Part shown: piece after piece, positions 18,901 through 27,999 of the stretch
How positions within the stretch are numbered: position 1 is the first letter of the stretch
Layout of the letters: each line of letters opens with the position of its first letter
Assembly (NCBI GenBank): GCA_964481855.1
Contig: CAYZUH010000016.1
Span: 2,917 to 66,916, forward strand
Source: an uncultured Marinilabiliaceae bacterium
GTDB taxonomy: Bacteria; Bacteroidota; Bacteroidia; Bacteroidales; Marinilabiliaceae
Length of the DNA: 64,000 bases
Reading direction: 5' to 3'
The notes under the pieces: generated by a model
What the model was told of the DNA's origin: nothing
Database searches by the model: none
Seen by the model: the letters and a program-made list of their open reading frames with translations, nothing else
Position numbers and translations under genes: made by a program

Positions 18901-19471
18901 CCATGTCCATCATCTCGATCTTTTGGTACTCGTGCGAAGTGCGGAAGCCGTCGAAGAAGTTGATGAACGGCACCCTGGTCTTGATTGTGGAGAGGTGCGC
19001 CACTGCGGAGAGGTCCATGACCTCCTGCACCGAGCCCTCGCAGAGCATGGCGAAACCGGTCTGACGGCACGCCATGACATCGGAGTGGTCGCCGAAGATG
19101 CAGAGTGAGTGCGTGGCGACGGTGCGCGCCGAGACGTGGAAGACCGACGGCAGGAGCTCGCCGCCAATCTTGTACATATTGGGGATCATGAGGAGAAGCC
19201 CCTGCGACGCCGTGAAAGTGGTGGTCAGCGCGCCGGCCTGCAGTGAGCCGTGGACGGCGCCGGCGGCACCAGCCTCGGACTGCATCTCGGATACGGAGAC
19301 GGTGTCGCCGAAGAGGTTCTTGCGCCCTTGGGCCGACCACTCGTCGACGTGCTCGGCCATGGGCGACGACGGCGTAATGGGATAGATGGCGGCGACCTCC
19401 GTGAACATATATGCTATGTGCGCGGCGGCCTCGTTTCCATCACAGGTGATGAATTTCTTTTCCTTTGCCAT
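15920..19471 (-). CDS. nifJ: Pyruvate:ferredoxin (flavodoxin) oxidoreductase
   Basis: 1183 aa. N-terminus MAKEKKFITCDGNEAAAHIAYMFTEVAAIYPITPSSPMAE, ferredoxin domain CIQCNKCAYVCPHSCIRP/CLGCGNCVDVCP, and TPP-binding GGDGASYDIGYGGLDH. Confidence 0.97.
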   Translation of the reverse strand: MAKEKKFITCDGNEAAAHIAYMFTEVAAIYPITPSSPMAEHVDEWSAQGRKNLFGDTVSVSEMQSEAGAAGAVHGSLQAGALTTTFTASQGLLLMIPNMYKIGGELLPSVFHVSARTVATHSLCIFGDHSDVMACRQTGFAMLCEGSVQEVMDLSAVAHLSTIKTRVPFINFFDGFRTSHEYQKIEMMDMEDLRPLLDQKALQEFRDRALTPERPQAKGMAENPETFFAHRESSNRFYDAVPDVVEQYMAEISKITGREYKPFVYYGAPDADRVIILMGSATEAAREAIDFMTKQGEKVGMVSVHLYRPFSVERLLAAVPKTVKAIAVLDRTKEPGANGEPLYLDVRDAYYGKPDAPVIVGGRYGLGSADTTPTMITSVYDNLKLPTPKDHFTLGINDDLTFTSLPAKEEVPMGGEGMFEAKFFGLGADGTVGANKNSVKIIGDNTDKHCQAYFSYDSKKSGGFTCSHLRFGDNPIRSTYQVKTPNFVACHVHAYLHMYDVIRGLQKNGSFLLNTIWEGDELVKNIPNGIKKYFAKNNITVYYINATKIAQEIGLGNRTNTILQSAFFRITEVIPVDLAVEQMKKFIVKSYGKKGQDVVDKNYAAVDRGGEYKTLPVDPAWANLPDDEEVVRNEPEYISKLVRPINAQNGDLLPVSAYKGIEDGTWEQGTAAYEKRGVAPFVPRWKSENCIQCNKCAYVCPHSCIRPFVLDDAEAQGFEAPTVTMKAPAAMKGMHFRMQVGVLDCLGCGNCVDVCPAKEKALVMMPLEGEMHEAANWDKLVKDVKTKQDLVDIKANPKNSQFATPLFEFSGACSGCGETPYVKLIAQLFGDRQMVSNATGCSSIYSGSIPSTPYTKNEKGQGPAWANSLFEDFGEFGMGMVMANKKMKERIQRLLEQMIASDKTSDDYKAAAREWIENQNDAEGSRKAAAKLIPEIKKSAEAGCPVCKQLDELSHYLVKRSQWIIGGDGASYDIGYGGLDHVLASGEDVNVLVLDTEVYSNTGGQSSKATPIAAVAHFAAAGKRIKKKDLGLMQATYGYVYVAQIAMGADNAQCLKAIREAEAYPGPSLIIAYAPCIAHGLKAKGGMGKSQAEEQKAVECGYWHLWRFDPRLAEQGKNPFVLDSKKPDWDKFQEYLDGEVRFLSLRKAQPAAADELYEATKKAAQDRYATYVRMSRIDYSQEI

Positions 19472-19584
19472 TTGTGTGTAACTAACAATAAAAAGTTAAT
19501 GTATCGACTGTCTTTTCATATCATCCCTCGGCCTCCCGCATGGGAGCCGCGGGCCGCTTGTCCTCCTTCCGCATCGGGCAGTGG

Positions 19585-20760
19585 TCAGTAGATGAAGCCA
19601 AAGAGCCACAGTGGGATGAGATTTCCCTCCCCCACCTCGATCATCTCCCTCGTCAGGTAAGTCTGGCAGTCCGCCTTGACCTTCGCCCCGTCGCCCACGG
19701 CGAAGCATGGGCCGCCATTGACGCAAAAGTCGCCACTGGGCCCGCGCTCGACAGTGTTGCCATATCCCAACTGGTTGAAGAAGAAAGTCTTCTGCAAGGC
19801 GTCGCGCTCCACTCCCCCATAGTTGCAGAGATACATGAGGTTCGGGTTCTGCATGAAGATGTGGGCCGGCTTCTTGTTCGCGCTGTCGCCGAGCTGATAG
19901 AGCAGGTGGATGAGCCTCGCGTGCTTGAGGTAGACCATGTAGTTCATCACCGTGGCCCTGCTGGTGTCTACCTCGGCCGCCAACTTGGAGACGTTGGGCT
20001 GGAACGGGGCTTGCCGCGCGATGATGTAGAGGAGCTTGCGGAGCTTGGGGATGAGCTTGATGTCAATCTGCTGCAGGTAGCTTATCTCGACCTCCAGGAC
20101 AAGGTTTATGGTCTTGACGAGGTCGACGTAGACGCTCTTCTGCCCAAGGAAGTAGGGGTAGAAGCCGTGGCGGAGGTAGTCGCTGAAGAACGCCAGGGGC
20201 TTGACCCTCTGCGTTATGCCGCGGCAGATGTCGACGTGGTTGCTCAGAATGTCGTCCAACGAGACGACCGGGAAATTGTTCCCCGACGAATAGTTGAGGA
20301 ACTCCCGGAACGAGAAGCCGTCCAGGCTGTAGACGTCCACCAGCCCCCGGAGCCGCGTGTTCTCCTCCTTGAGGCGCATGACGGGCGAACCCGTGAAGAC
20401 GATGTGGAGGTCGGGGAAGTTGTCGTGGCAGTAGCGCAGCTCGTCGGACCAATCGGGATATTTATAGACCTGGTCGAGCAGGAGCGTGTGCCCCCCCGTC
20501 TTGACGAACTCGTCGGCGAGCGAGACAATGGAGCGGGTGGAGAAATAGAAGTCGTTGAGGTCCGCATAGAGGCACTTGCGGCCGGACGCCAGCATCTTGG
20601 CATAGTTGAGCAGGAACGTCGTCTTGCCGATCCCCCTGGCGCCCTTAATCCCTATGAGCCTTGCCGACCAGTCAATTTTGTCCATGAGGCCCCTCTTGAC
20701 CCAGGGGCCAAGGGAAGAGACCAAATCGCCGTGAATCTTATACAGAGTCTGCATTGCCAA
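19585..20760 (-). CDS. AAA-family ATPase (AAA_14/DUF4143-type ATP-binding protein)
   Basis: 391 aa with Walker A GIKGARGIGKTTFLL and Walker-B-like TLLLDQV. LDGFSFREFL and a C-terminal winged-helix-like region are typical of this family. Confidence 0.7.
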   Translation of the reverse strand: MAMQTLYKIHGDLVSSLGPWVKRGLMDKIDWSARLIGIKGARGIGKTTFLLNYAKMLASGRKCLYADLNDFYFSTRSIVSLADEFVKTGGHTLLLDQVYKYPDWSDELRYCHDNFPDLHIVFTGSPVMRLKEENTRLRGLVDVYSLDGFSFREFLNYSSGNNFPVVSLDDILSNHVDICRGITQRVKPLAFFSDYLRHGFYPYFLGQKSVYVDLVKTINLVLEVEISYLQQIDIKLIPKLRKLLYIIARQAPFQPNVSKLAAEVDTSRATVMNYMVYLKHARLIHLLYQLGDSANKKPAHIFMQNPNLMYLCNYGGVERDALQKTFFFNQLGYGNTVERGPSGDFCVNGGPCFAVGDGAKVKADCQTYLTREMIEVGEGNLIPLWLFGFIY

Positions 20761-20797
20761 CCGTTCGCCTCACCCTCGCGCGAGGATGCCAACGGAG

Positions 20798-20805
20798 CAA
20801 AAATA
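20798..20805 (-). promoter_or_regulatory. Candidate -7 promoter box TATTTTTG for the AAA ATPase gene
   Basis: TAnnTTTG match on the minus strand, 38-45 nt upstream of the ATG at 20760, inside a TTGCAAT-rich divergent intergenic region. Confidence 0.35.
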
Positions 20806-21021
20806 CGGAACATGGCGGAATTTTTGCAATCTGCGCATTGCATTTTTGCCCACAAATTGCAATTTGAAGAGGGTACAAATAAACAGTAGAGGCGTCCCTC
20901 CCCGTTCACAATCTTTTGGACATCCACTTCGGCTTTGGGCGAATTTGCTTAACTTCGTAGACGCGTCGCACCCGCGCAGCCCGCCCGCACGACGCCGCAA
21001 AATCGACGCTACGAAAAAGAG

Positions 21022-21948
21022 ATGGAACCAATAGCAGAGCCTATATCGCGAGAAGAGCTTATGGCCGACCTGTCGCGCGCCCGCTTCGTCCGCAACACCA
21101 ACAAGGGTGGCAACCTTATATACGACTTCTCGGCCCGCGAGGCGCCGGCGCTCATGCGCGAAGTAGGCCGCCTGCGCGAGGAGGCGTTCCGCATGGCCGG
21201 CGGCGGCACTGGCAAATCGGTGGACATCGACGAGTATGACGCCGCCGACATCCCGTTCCGCCAGCTTGTCGTGTGGGACCCGCAGGACAGGCAAATCTTG
21301 GGGGGCTACCGCTACATCCTCTGCAAAGAGCTGCCGCAGAGCCAGGAGGGGGCGAAGTATCTCGCCACGTCGCACATGTTCCACTTCGAGGACGAGTTCA
21401 TACGCGACTACTTCCCGAAGACCATAGAGCTTGGGCGCTCGTTCGTGCAGCCCATATACCAGAGCAGCAAGAAAGGCACCAAGAGCCTCTTCGCCCTCGA
21501 CAACCTGTGGGACGGGCTGGGCTCGCTCGTCGTGGACCACCCCGACGTGACCTACTTCTTCGGCAAAGTGACAATGTACACGCACTTCAACCAGCGCGCC
21601 CGCGACTACATCATGGGCTTCTGGCACAAATATTTCGGCGACAAGAGCCACCTCGTCTATGCCTACAGGCCTATCCGCGTGGGCCTGACCGGCGAAGAGA
21701 TCGACGCCGTGTTCACCTCGGGCAACTTCCAAGACGACTACCGCATCCTGACCCGCCGCGTCCGCGAGCTTGGCGAGAACATCCCCCCCCTGGTGAACGC
21801 CTACATGACCCTCTCGCCGTCGATGAAAGTGTTCGGCACGGCCATCAACGACGAGTTTGGCGACGTCGAGGAGACCGCCATAATCATAAACCTGCGCGAC
21901 CTCTACCCCAACAAGTCGGCTCGCCACATCGAAACCTACAAGAGGTAG
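21022..21948 (+). CDS. GNAT-family N-acyltransferase (hemolysin-like N-acyl amino acid / glycine-lipid synthase GlsB/OlsB-like)
   Basis: 308 aa. Size and motifs (EVGRLREEAFRMAGGGTGKSVDIDEYD, LGRSFVQP, ALDNLWDGLG) resemble the Bacteroidales Acetyltransf_5-type N-acyl amino acid synthases. Confidence 0.65.
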   Translation: MEPIAEPISREELMADLSRARFVRNTNKGGNLIYDFSAREAPALMREVGRLREEAFRMAGGGTGKSVDIDEYDAADIPFRQLVVWDPQDRQILGGYRYILCKELPQSQEGAKYLATSHMFHFEDEFIRDYFPKTIELGRSFVQPIYQSSKKGTKSLFALDNLWDGLGSLVVDHPDVTYFFGKVTMYTHFNQRARDYIMGFWHKYFGDKSHLVYAYRPIRVGLTGEEIDAVFTSGNFQDDYRILTRRVRELGENIPPLVNAYMTLSPSMKVFGTAINDEFGDVEETAIIINLRDLYPNKSARHIETYKR

Positions 21949-21955
21949 CCGCGCC

Positions 21956-23575
21956 ATGCCCACACGCCGACACCGAACCCTCATCGCGGCCGCGTGCCTG
22001 CTGTTGGCGGCGCCCACCCCGCCCGCGCTTGCGGAGGCCGACCCGACCGCCCCCGCCTCGCCCACCGACGAGCGCATAGCGGACGGGAGGCGGCTGTGGG
22101 AGGCCGGCCAGGCCGTCAAAGCCGAGGGGATGCTGATCGAGGCGCAGGCCATGGCCCGGGGCCTCGACGAAAAGGTCAGGGCGACGGACGCCCTGGCGGA
22201 CTTCTATGCCAAATGCGGCGACCCGAAACGCGCCGCGCGGGCTTTCGCCACGCTCATATCGGCAGCCGCGCAAGCCGCCGACACCTCCGCCCTGGTGCAC
22301 GCATACGACGGGCTGGGCCGCACATATGGCAACGCCCGCCAGCACGTCAGAGCCATCAAGAGCTACCGGCGCGCCGAGGAGCTGCTGAAACTCCGCCCCG
22401 ACACCAGCGCGCTGTCGTGGGTCTATGCCGGCATGGCCCACACGCTCTTCGAGTCGGGCGACCTGCGCGAGGGCCTCCGGCTGGCGCGCTCGGCGCGCGC
22501 CATGACCGCCGAGACAGACCTGCCGACCATCACGACGATATTGGGCATCGAGTCGAGGATAGAGGCCGAACTCGGCGACTACGAGACGGCCTACGCCACA
22601 CTGTCGGAATATTCGCGCCTGCGCCGGCTCCTGCGCGACAAGGAGGCCGACTACCTCATGAGCACCTCGGCTAGCGCCCGCAAGCTGCGCGCCACCGACT
22701 CGGAGCGCCTCCTGGGCATGCGCGAGGCGGAGTTCCGCAAGACCGTCGCCGCCGAATACGAGAAAGGGAGGCGGATGGCGTCCACCGCCTCTTTCGCCCT
22801 GTGCATCATGCTCCTGCTGACCCTCTCGTGCCTTGCCATAGCGGCCCGCCGCCTGACGCTGAGCCGCCGCGAGGAGAGGCACCTGGCGCAAAGAGAGGCG
22901 GAGGCCAGCCGCATGCTGCAAATCGTCGGGCACGACACCACGAACCACTTCAACACCCTGCTGGGCTTCGCCGAAATGCTCGTGGAGCGCACCCGCAAGA
23001 GGGGTGGCGACGAAGAGGTCTTCGCCCGCCATGTATACACGTCGGCACAAACCCTGTACCAAGCGACCAGCAACCTGCTGGCATGGAGCAAGACGCGATC
23101 CCAACTGAAAGCCAGGCGCGAGGACGCCCAGGTCGGCACATGCCTTGCCGGCATTGTGGACACCATGCGGCTCATGGCAGACAACAAGGGGATAGACCTC
23201 CAGAGCGACCTGGGGGGGGACGTCCGAGCCTATGTAGACACCTCGCACCTTGTCATCATTGTCCGGAACCTGCTCTCGAACGCCCTCAAATATACCGCGC
23301 GCGGCGGGACAGTGCGCATCACCGCGTCGCGATACGCCGACAAAGTGGCCGTCGTCGTTGACGACAACGGCATCGGGATGCGCCGCGACGCCATAGCCCG
23401 CTTCAACAGCGACGCCCCCCTGACACCCACCGACGGGACGGACAGCGAGAAAGGCAACGGCATAGGCCTGACAATCTGCCGCGACCTGGCCCGCGCAAAC
23501 GACGGCGACATAGTCATCGAGCCGGGGCGGAAAGAGGGCACGTCGGTGACCCTGGTACTCAACAGCAACGCATAA
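21956..23575 (+). CDS. Sensor histidine kinase with N-terminal TPR-like extracytoplasmic domain
   Basis: 539 aa with a signal/TM, a helical repeat region, a second TM (FALCIMLLLTLSCLAIAA) and an H-box LQIVGHDTTNHFNTL. The HATPase_c N and G boxes are RNLLSNALKYT and DDNGIGM...GNGIGLTICRD. Confidence 0.8.
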   Translation: MPTRRHRTLIAAACLLLAAPTPPALAEADPTAPASPTDERIADGRRLWEAGQAVKAEGMLIEAQAMARGLDEKVRATDALADFYAKCGDPKRAARAFATLISAAAQAADTSALVHAYDGLGRTYGNARQHVRAIKSYRRAEELLKLRPDTSALSWVYAGMAHTLFESGDLREGLRLARSARAMTAETDLPTITTILGIESRIEAELGDYETAYATLSEYSRLRRLLRDKEADYLMSTSASARKLRATDSERLLGMREAEFRKTVAAEYEKGRRMASTASFALCIMLLLTLSCLAIAARRLTLSRREERHLAQREAEASRMLQIVGHDTTNHFNTLLGFAEMLVERTRKRGGDEEVFARHVYTSAQTLYQATSNLLAWSKTRSQLKARREDAQVGTCLAGIVDTMRLMADNKGIDLQSDLGGDVRAYVDTSHLVIIVRNLLSNALKYTARGGTVRITASRYADKVAVVVDDNGIGMRRDAIARFNSDAPLTPTDGTDSEKGNGIGLTICRDLARANDGDIVIEPGRKEGTSVTLVLNSNA

Positions 23576-23589
23576 AGAGGAGACAAAGC

Positions 23590-23820
23590 ATGACAGGCAG
23601 CGAAGACAAGTTCTCGTATGACAGGGCGATAGCGCAAGTGGAGGCCATCGTGGGGCAACTGGAGGCGCGCGGCGGGATGGGGTTTGACGACATGATAGCC
23701 AACGTCGAGCGCGCCCTGCGCCTCATCGACGAGTGCAAGAGGAGCATTGCCGACGCGGAGGCCAGATTGGCGAAGCTGACCAAAGAAGACCCCCAAGAGA
23801 ACCGGCTAGACGAAGACTAG
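23590..23820 (+). CDS. xseB: Exodeoxyribonuclease VII small subunit
   Basis: 76 aa. SYDRAIAQVEAIVGQLE....FDDMIANVERALRLIDECKRSIADAEARL matches the XseB helical hairpin pattern. Confidence 0.8.
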   Translation: MTGSEDKFSYDRAIAQVEAIVGQLEARGGMGFDDMIANVERALRLIDECKRSIADAEARLAKLTKEDPQENRLDED

Positions 23821-23854
23821 GTCTCGCAAAGTCCAACTCACCAAAGTCGAGCGC

Positions 23855-24469
23855 ATGCGAAACCTCATCCTGCTCCTCCTGCTCGCCGCCACAGCGGCGG
23901 CCCCGCTGGCGGGCTGCAAGCCGACCAGCGCCACCGTCGAGGTGGCGAAAAAAAACGGCAACGCGACCGCCAGGAAAGGAAAGAGCCAGCAAGGCAAGAG
24001 ACAGCAGGACGTAAAAGACGACCGGATAGAGCAAACCGGCGGCTCGCTGGCCAAGGCGTGCTCGAAACTGGGCGTGAGCCCCAAAGGCGTCAAGAACCAG
24101 AGCCTGTACATTGTCTCGGCATCGTGGCTTGGGACACGCTACAAGTATGGCGGAATGTCGCGCGGCGGAGTGGACTGTTCGGGACTTACGAGCTTGATAT
24201 ACAAGTCGGTGTATAAGAAAGACCTGACCCATAACTCGGCGGCGATGTTGGCAGAGTGCAAGAAGCGCGTCAAGAAAAGCGAACTGCGCGAGGGCGACCT
24301 CGTCTTCTTCCGAACAGACGGGAAACGCTCCAAGACCCCCAACCACGTCGGCATCTACCTCAAAGAGAACAAGTTCGTCCACGCCTCGTCGTCCAAAGGC
24401 GTCGTGGTGAGCAAGATGACCGACAACTACTACGTCAGCAACTTCATAGCCGCCGGGCGGGCATTATAG
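23855..24469 (+). CDS. C40 (NlpC/P60) family peptidoglycan peptidase lipoprotein
   Basis: 204 aa with lipobox LAGC. Catalytic region YKYGGMSRGGVDCSGLTSLIY ... GDLVFF ... NHVGIYL..NKFVHAS. Confidence 0.85.
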   Translation: MRNLILLLLLAATAAAPLAGCKPTSATVEVAKKNGNATARKGKSQQGKRQQDVKDDRIEQTGGSLAKACSKLGVSPKGVKNQSLYIVSASWLGTRYKYGGMSRGGVDCSGLTSLIYKSVYKKDLTHNSAAMLAECKKRVKKSELREGDLVFFRTDGKRSKTPNHVGIYLKENKFVHASSSKGVVVSKMTDNYYVSNFIAAGRAL

Positions 24470-24550
24470 GCTGTAGAAAGCGCAATAATTGCTAATTTTG
24501 GGCGTTTGCGCACGCGAAGCGCGCCAACGCTCACATTTTGGTTTGCAGCA

Positions 24551-25357
24551 ATGACATTTCTTCGTTTTCTCAAGTCCCGCACTTTTTGGATTCAAGTGGG
24601 TCTCGCCGTGGTGGCGGTAGCCCTCCTGCTGACCCTGACCAACTGGCTCCTGGGCCACTACACCACTTCGGGTCGCACGGTGGTCGTGCCGCAACTGGCA
24701 GGGCAACTGCAATCGGAGGTCGAGGCCGAGGTGCGCAACGGCGACCTGCGGCTCCAGCTCATGGACTCGCTATACCGCGCCGACGTCCGGCCCGGGGCTA
24801 TTGTGGACCAGGTCCCGGCGGCGGGCAAGAAAGTGAAGAAAGGGCGCACCATATACATAACCATCAACGCGTTCTCGAAAGAGATGACGACGATGCCCTC
24901 GTTGGTCAACTTCTCTTTTCGCAACGCCCGCGTGAACCTGCAAAACGCCGGTCTTGAGCTGGGGCGCGTCGACTCCATCCCCAGCCCATACGACGGGCTG
25001 GTCTTGAAACAGATGTCCGGCGGGCGCGACATCGAGGCCGGCGCCAAACTGCCCAAGGGCAGCGTCGTGGACCTCGTGGTGGGCTATGGCGACGCCAACG
25101 GGACGACGCGCGTCCCCAACCTTGTCGGCACGACGTACGACGACGCCATATCCGCCCTGGCCCAGGCCAGGCTGAGCGTCGGCGGGGTGACATTCGACGA
25201 GACCGTCGTGTCGCGCTCCGACACCTCGCAGGCCGTGGTCTACCGCCAGACGCCGACGGGCGGCGGACAGGCGGCCGACGCGTGGTCGCCCGTGAGCATA
25301 TGGCTGACAACCGACATGAACAAACTGACATCCACCATCTTGCAAGACAACAGATGA
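24551..25357 (+). CDS. PASTA domain-containing membrane protein
   Basis: Start trimmed to MTFLRFLKSRTFWIQVGLAVVAVALLL (TM), followed by three PASTA-like repeats (VVPQLAG.., MPSLVNFSFRNA.., RVPNLVGTTYDDA..). Its stop overlaps the rluD start (ATGA). Confidence 0.75.
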   Translation: MTFLRFLKSRTFWIQVGLAVVAVALLLTLTNWLLGHYTTSGRTVVVPQLAGQLQSEVEAEVRNGDLRLQLMDSLYRADVRPGAIVDQVPAAGKKVKKGRTIYITINAFSKEMTTMPSLVNFSFRNARVNLQNAGLELGRVDSIPSPYDGLVLKQMSGGRDIEAGAKLPKGSVVDLVVGYGDANGTTRVPNLVGTTYDDAISALAQARLSVGGVTFDETVVSRSDTSQAVVYRQTPTGGGQAADAWSPVSIWLTTDMNKLTSTILQDNR

Positions 25358-26436
25358 GGGACGGCGACGAGGAGTGGGACGACGACGACACGACGCCCGA
25401 AGCCCCGGCCGGCGACGGGCTGTATGAACACTACCATTTCGTAGCCGACCGCAACCAGGGGCCCGTGCGGGTGGACAAATACGTGGTGGACCACGTGGCT
25501 CACGCCTCGCGGACGAAAGTCCAGGCGGCGGCCGCGGCGGGCAACATCCTCGTGGGCGGCAAGCCCGTCAAAGCCAACTACCGGCTCAAGCCCGGCGACG
25601 AGATAAGCATCGTCATGAGTTGGCCGCCGCGCGAAGTCGAGATTGTGCCACAAGACATCCCCCTCGACATAGTATATGAAGACGGCGAGCTGCTGGTGGT
25701 CAACAAGCGGGCCGGGATGTGCGTACACCCTGGCGTAGGCAACCGCGACGGCACGCTTGTCAACGCCCTGGCGTGGCACCTGGGCGAGTTGGCCATGTTC
25801 GCCGACAAGAGCGACCCGCGCCCCGGGCTTGTCCACCGCATTGACAAAGACACGTCGGGCCTGCTCGTCGTGGCCAAGACCGAGGCGGCGAAGATGGACT
25901 TGGCCCGCCAATTTTTCGAGAAGACCACCGAGCGGGCGTATGTGGCCCTGGCGTGGGGGCTGATGGAGGCGGACTGCGGCACAATCCGCGGCAACATAGG
26001 CCGCAGCGCCCGCGACCGCAAGGTGATGGACGTCTTCCCCGAAGAGAGCGGCGTTGGCAAAAGCGCCGTGACGCACTACGAGGTGCTGGAGCGCCTGGGC
26101 TACGTCTCGCTCGTGCGCTGCCGCCTGGAGACGGGGCGCACGCACCAGATCCGCGCCCACTTCCGCCACATCGGGCACCCGCTCTTCGGCGACGCCCACT
26201 ATGGCGGCGACCAAATCTTGCGCGGCACGACGTTCCCCAAATATCGCCAGTTTGTCGCCAACTGCCTCTCGCTCCTGCCGCGCCAGGCCCTCCACGCCAA
26301 GACCCTGGGCTTCACCCACCCCGCGACAGGCGAGCGGATGATGTTCGACTCGGAGATTGCTCCCGACATGGCGGAATGCGTGGAGCGGTGGCGGACATAT
26401 ACAAAGGAAACAAGAACACACAAAGCTACTGAATGA
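25354..26436 (+). CDS. rluD: RluA-family 23S rRNA pseudouridine synthase (RluD-like)
   Basis: Start trimmed to MRDGDEEW. It has an S4 domain (RVDKYVVDHV...), the catalytic motif HRIDKDTSGLLVVAK, and HQIRAH. Confidence 0.88.
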   Translation: MRDGDEEWDDDDTTPEAPAGDGLYEHYHFVADRNQGPVRVDKYVVDHVAHASRTKVQAAAAAGNILVGGKPVKANYRLKPGDEISIVMSWPPREVEIVPQDIPLDIVYEDGELLVVNKRAGMCVHPGVGNRDGTLVNALAWHLGELAMFADKSDPRPGLVHRIDKDTSGLLVVAKTEAAKMDLARQFFEKTTERAYVALAWGLMEADCGTIRGNIGRSARDRKVMDVFPEESGVGKSAVTHYEVLERLGYVSLVRCRLETGRTHQIRAHFRHIGHPLFGDAHYGGDQILRGTTFPKYRQFVANCLSLLPRQALHAKTLGFTHPATGERMMFDSEIAPDMAECVERWRTYTKETRTHKATE

Positions 26437-27419
26437 AAAAGAGAGTTGCGATTGTCTACGGCGGCTACCAGTCGGAAGCCGAGGTCAGCGCCCGGAGCAA
26501 AGACGGCCTGATGGGCATGATGGACACCAATCGCTACGAACTTATCCCCGTCGAGATTTCGCGCTCGGGGTGGACGGCTCACTACAAAGGCGCCCCCCAC
26601 CCCATCGTCCGCGACGACTTCACGTTCCTCACCGACGGCGAGCGAATCGGCTTCGACATCGCCTACATAACCATCCACGGCGTGCCGGGCGAAAACGGCC
26701 TGCTCCCCGCCTATTTCGAGATGATAGGGCAAAAGCACTCCACCTGCCCCTCGCTGACGGGCGCCATGACGTTCGACAAGTTCGTGTGCAACAGCTACCT
26801 GCGCGGCTTCGGCTTCGACGTGGCGGACTCCGTGCGGGTGCGCCGCGGCCAGGCGGCGGATGTCGACGCCATTGTGGGGCGCCTGGGCCTGCCGATGTTC
26901 ATCAAACCCGCCGCCGCGGGGTCGAGCTTCGGCGTGACGAAGGTCAAGGCCCGCGAGCAAGTGCTTCCGGCCCTGGCCGCCGCCCACCAGGAGAGCGAGT
27001 TCGCCATGGCCGAGGCGTTCATGGAGGGAACGGAGCTGACGTGCGGCCTCTACAAGACCGGCCGCCGCACGGTGGTCCTGCCGCTCACGGAGGTCGTCAC
27101 TTCCAACGAGTTTTTCGACACCGACGCAAAATACACACCGGGCAAGACTCAGGAGATAACCCCCGCCCGCGTGAGCGATGACGTCGCGGAGCGGGTGCGG
27201 CGCGCCGCCACGGAGATATACGACCTTATGAACATGCGCGGCATAGTCCGCATAGACTTCATAGTCCGGCACGACGGCACGCCGTTCGTGCTTGAGGTGA
27301 ATACCACTCCCGGCCAGACCTCGACGAGCTTCATCCCCCAGCAGATACGCGCGGCGGGCATGACGGAGTCGGAAGTCTTCAGCGAAGTGATGGAGGACAT
27401 CATGGGCCACGACAACTGA
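26433..27419 (+). CDS. ddl: D-alanine--D-alanine ligase
   Basis: 328 aa. MKKRVAIVYGGYQSEAEVSARS, the ATP-grasp region FIKPAAAGSSFGVTKV, and RIDFIV...FVLEVNTTPG. Confidence 0.92.
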   Translation: MKKRVAIVYGGYQSEAEVSARSKDGLMGMMDTNRYELIPVEISRSGWTAHYKGAPHPIVRDDFTFLTDGERIGFDIAYITIHGVPGENGLLPAYFEMIGQKHSTCPSLTGAMTFDKFVCNSYLRGFGFDVADSVRVRRGQAADVDAIVGRLGLPMFIKPAAAGSSFGVTKVKAREQVLPALAAAHQESEFAMAEAFMEGTELTCGLYKTGRRTVVLPLTEVVTSNEFFDTDAKYTPGKTQEITPARVSDDVAERVRRAATEIYDLMNMRGIVRIDFIVRHDGTPFVLEVNTTPGQTSTSFIPQQIRAAGMTESEVFSEVMEDIMGHDN

Positions 27420-27425
27420 AAAGGC

Positions 27426-27989
27426 ATGAAATTTCTCATCGTAGGGCTTGGCAACATTGGCGACGAGTACGCCCACACGCGCCACAACACGGGCTTCGAC
27501 ATTGTGGAGCGCCTGGCGGTCGAGGCCGGCGCGGCGTTCGCCGGCGAACGCTACGGCGAAGTGGCCCGCATGAGGGTCAAAGGCCGCGAACTCGTCCTGC
27601 TCCGCCCCAACACATACATGAACCTGAGCGGCAAGGCCGTGCGCTACTGGGCGGACCGCGAGAAAGTGGGGCCCGAGAACATCCTGGTCGTGGTCGACGA
27701 CCTGGCCCTGCCCGTGGGGACAATCCGCCTCAAAGGCAAAGGCAGCCCGGGAGGGCACAACGGGCTTAAGAACATCAGCGAAATGCTCGGGACGGACGAC
27801 TACCCCCGCCTCCGCTTCGGCATTGGCAACAGCTACCACCGCGGGCAACAGATCGACTTCGTGCTGGGCCGGTGGGACGACGACGAGAAACCGCTGGTGG
27901 AGAGCCGCATGGAGGTGGCGGCAGAGTGCATCCGCACGTTCGTGTGCGCGGGGCTTCAGCTCACCATGACGCAATTCAACAACAAATAG
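27426..27989 (+). CDS. pth: Peptidyl-tRNA hydrolase
   Basis: 187 aa. MKFLIVGLGNIGDEYAHTRHNTGF, YMNLSGKAV, GSPGGHNGLKNI. Confidence 0.95.
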   Translation: MKFLIVGLGNIGDEYAHTRHNTGFDIVERLAVEAGAAFAGERYGEVARMRVKGRELVLLRPNTYMNLSGKAVRYWADREKVGPENILVVVDDLALPVGTIRLKGKGSPGGHNGLKNISEMLGTDDYPRLRFGIGNSYHRGQQIDFVLGRWDDDEKPLVESRMEVAAECIRTFVCAGLQLTMTQFNNK

Positions 27990-27999
27990 GCACACACTC

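Noticed and set aside
15929-19108. 1059-aa plus-strand ORF, together with similar long ORFs at 3365-4771, 5364-7130, 20770-22152, 26199-28025, 28047-29210, 37582-39600, 39206-40966 and 54354-55430
   Set aside because: All lie antisense to, or out of frame with, genes that have unmistakable products (nifJ, valS, ddl and others). Their translations are Arg/Ala/Gly/Pro-rich and low in complexity, which is typical of spurious ORFs in high-GC DNA.
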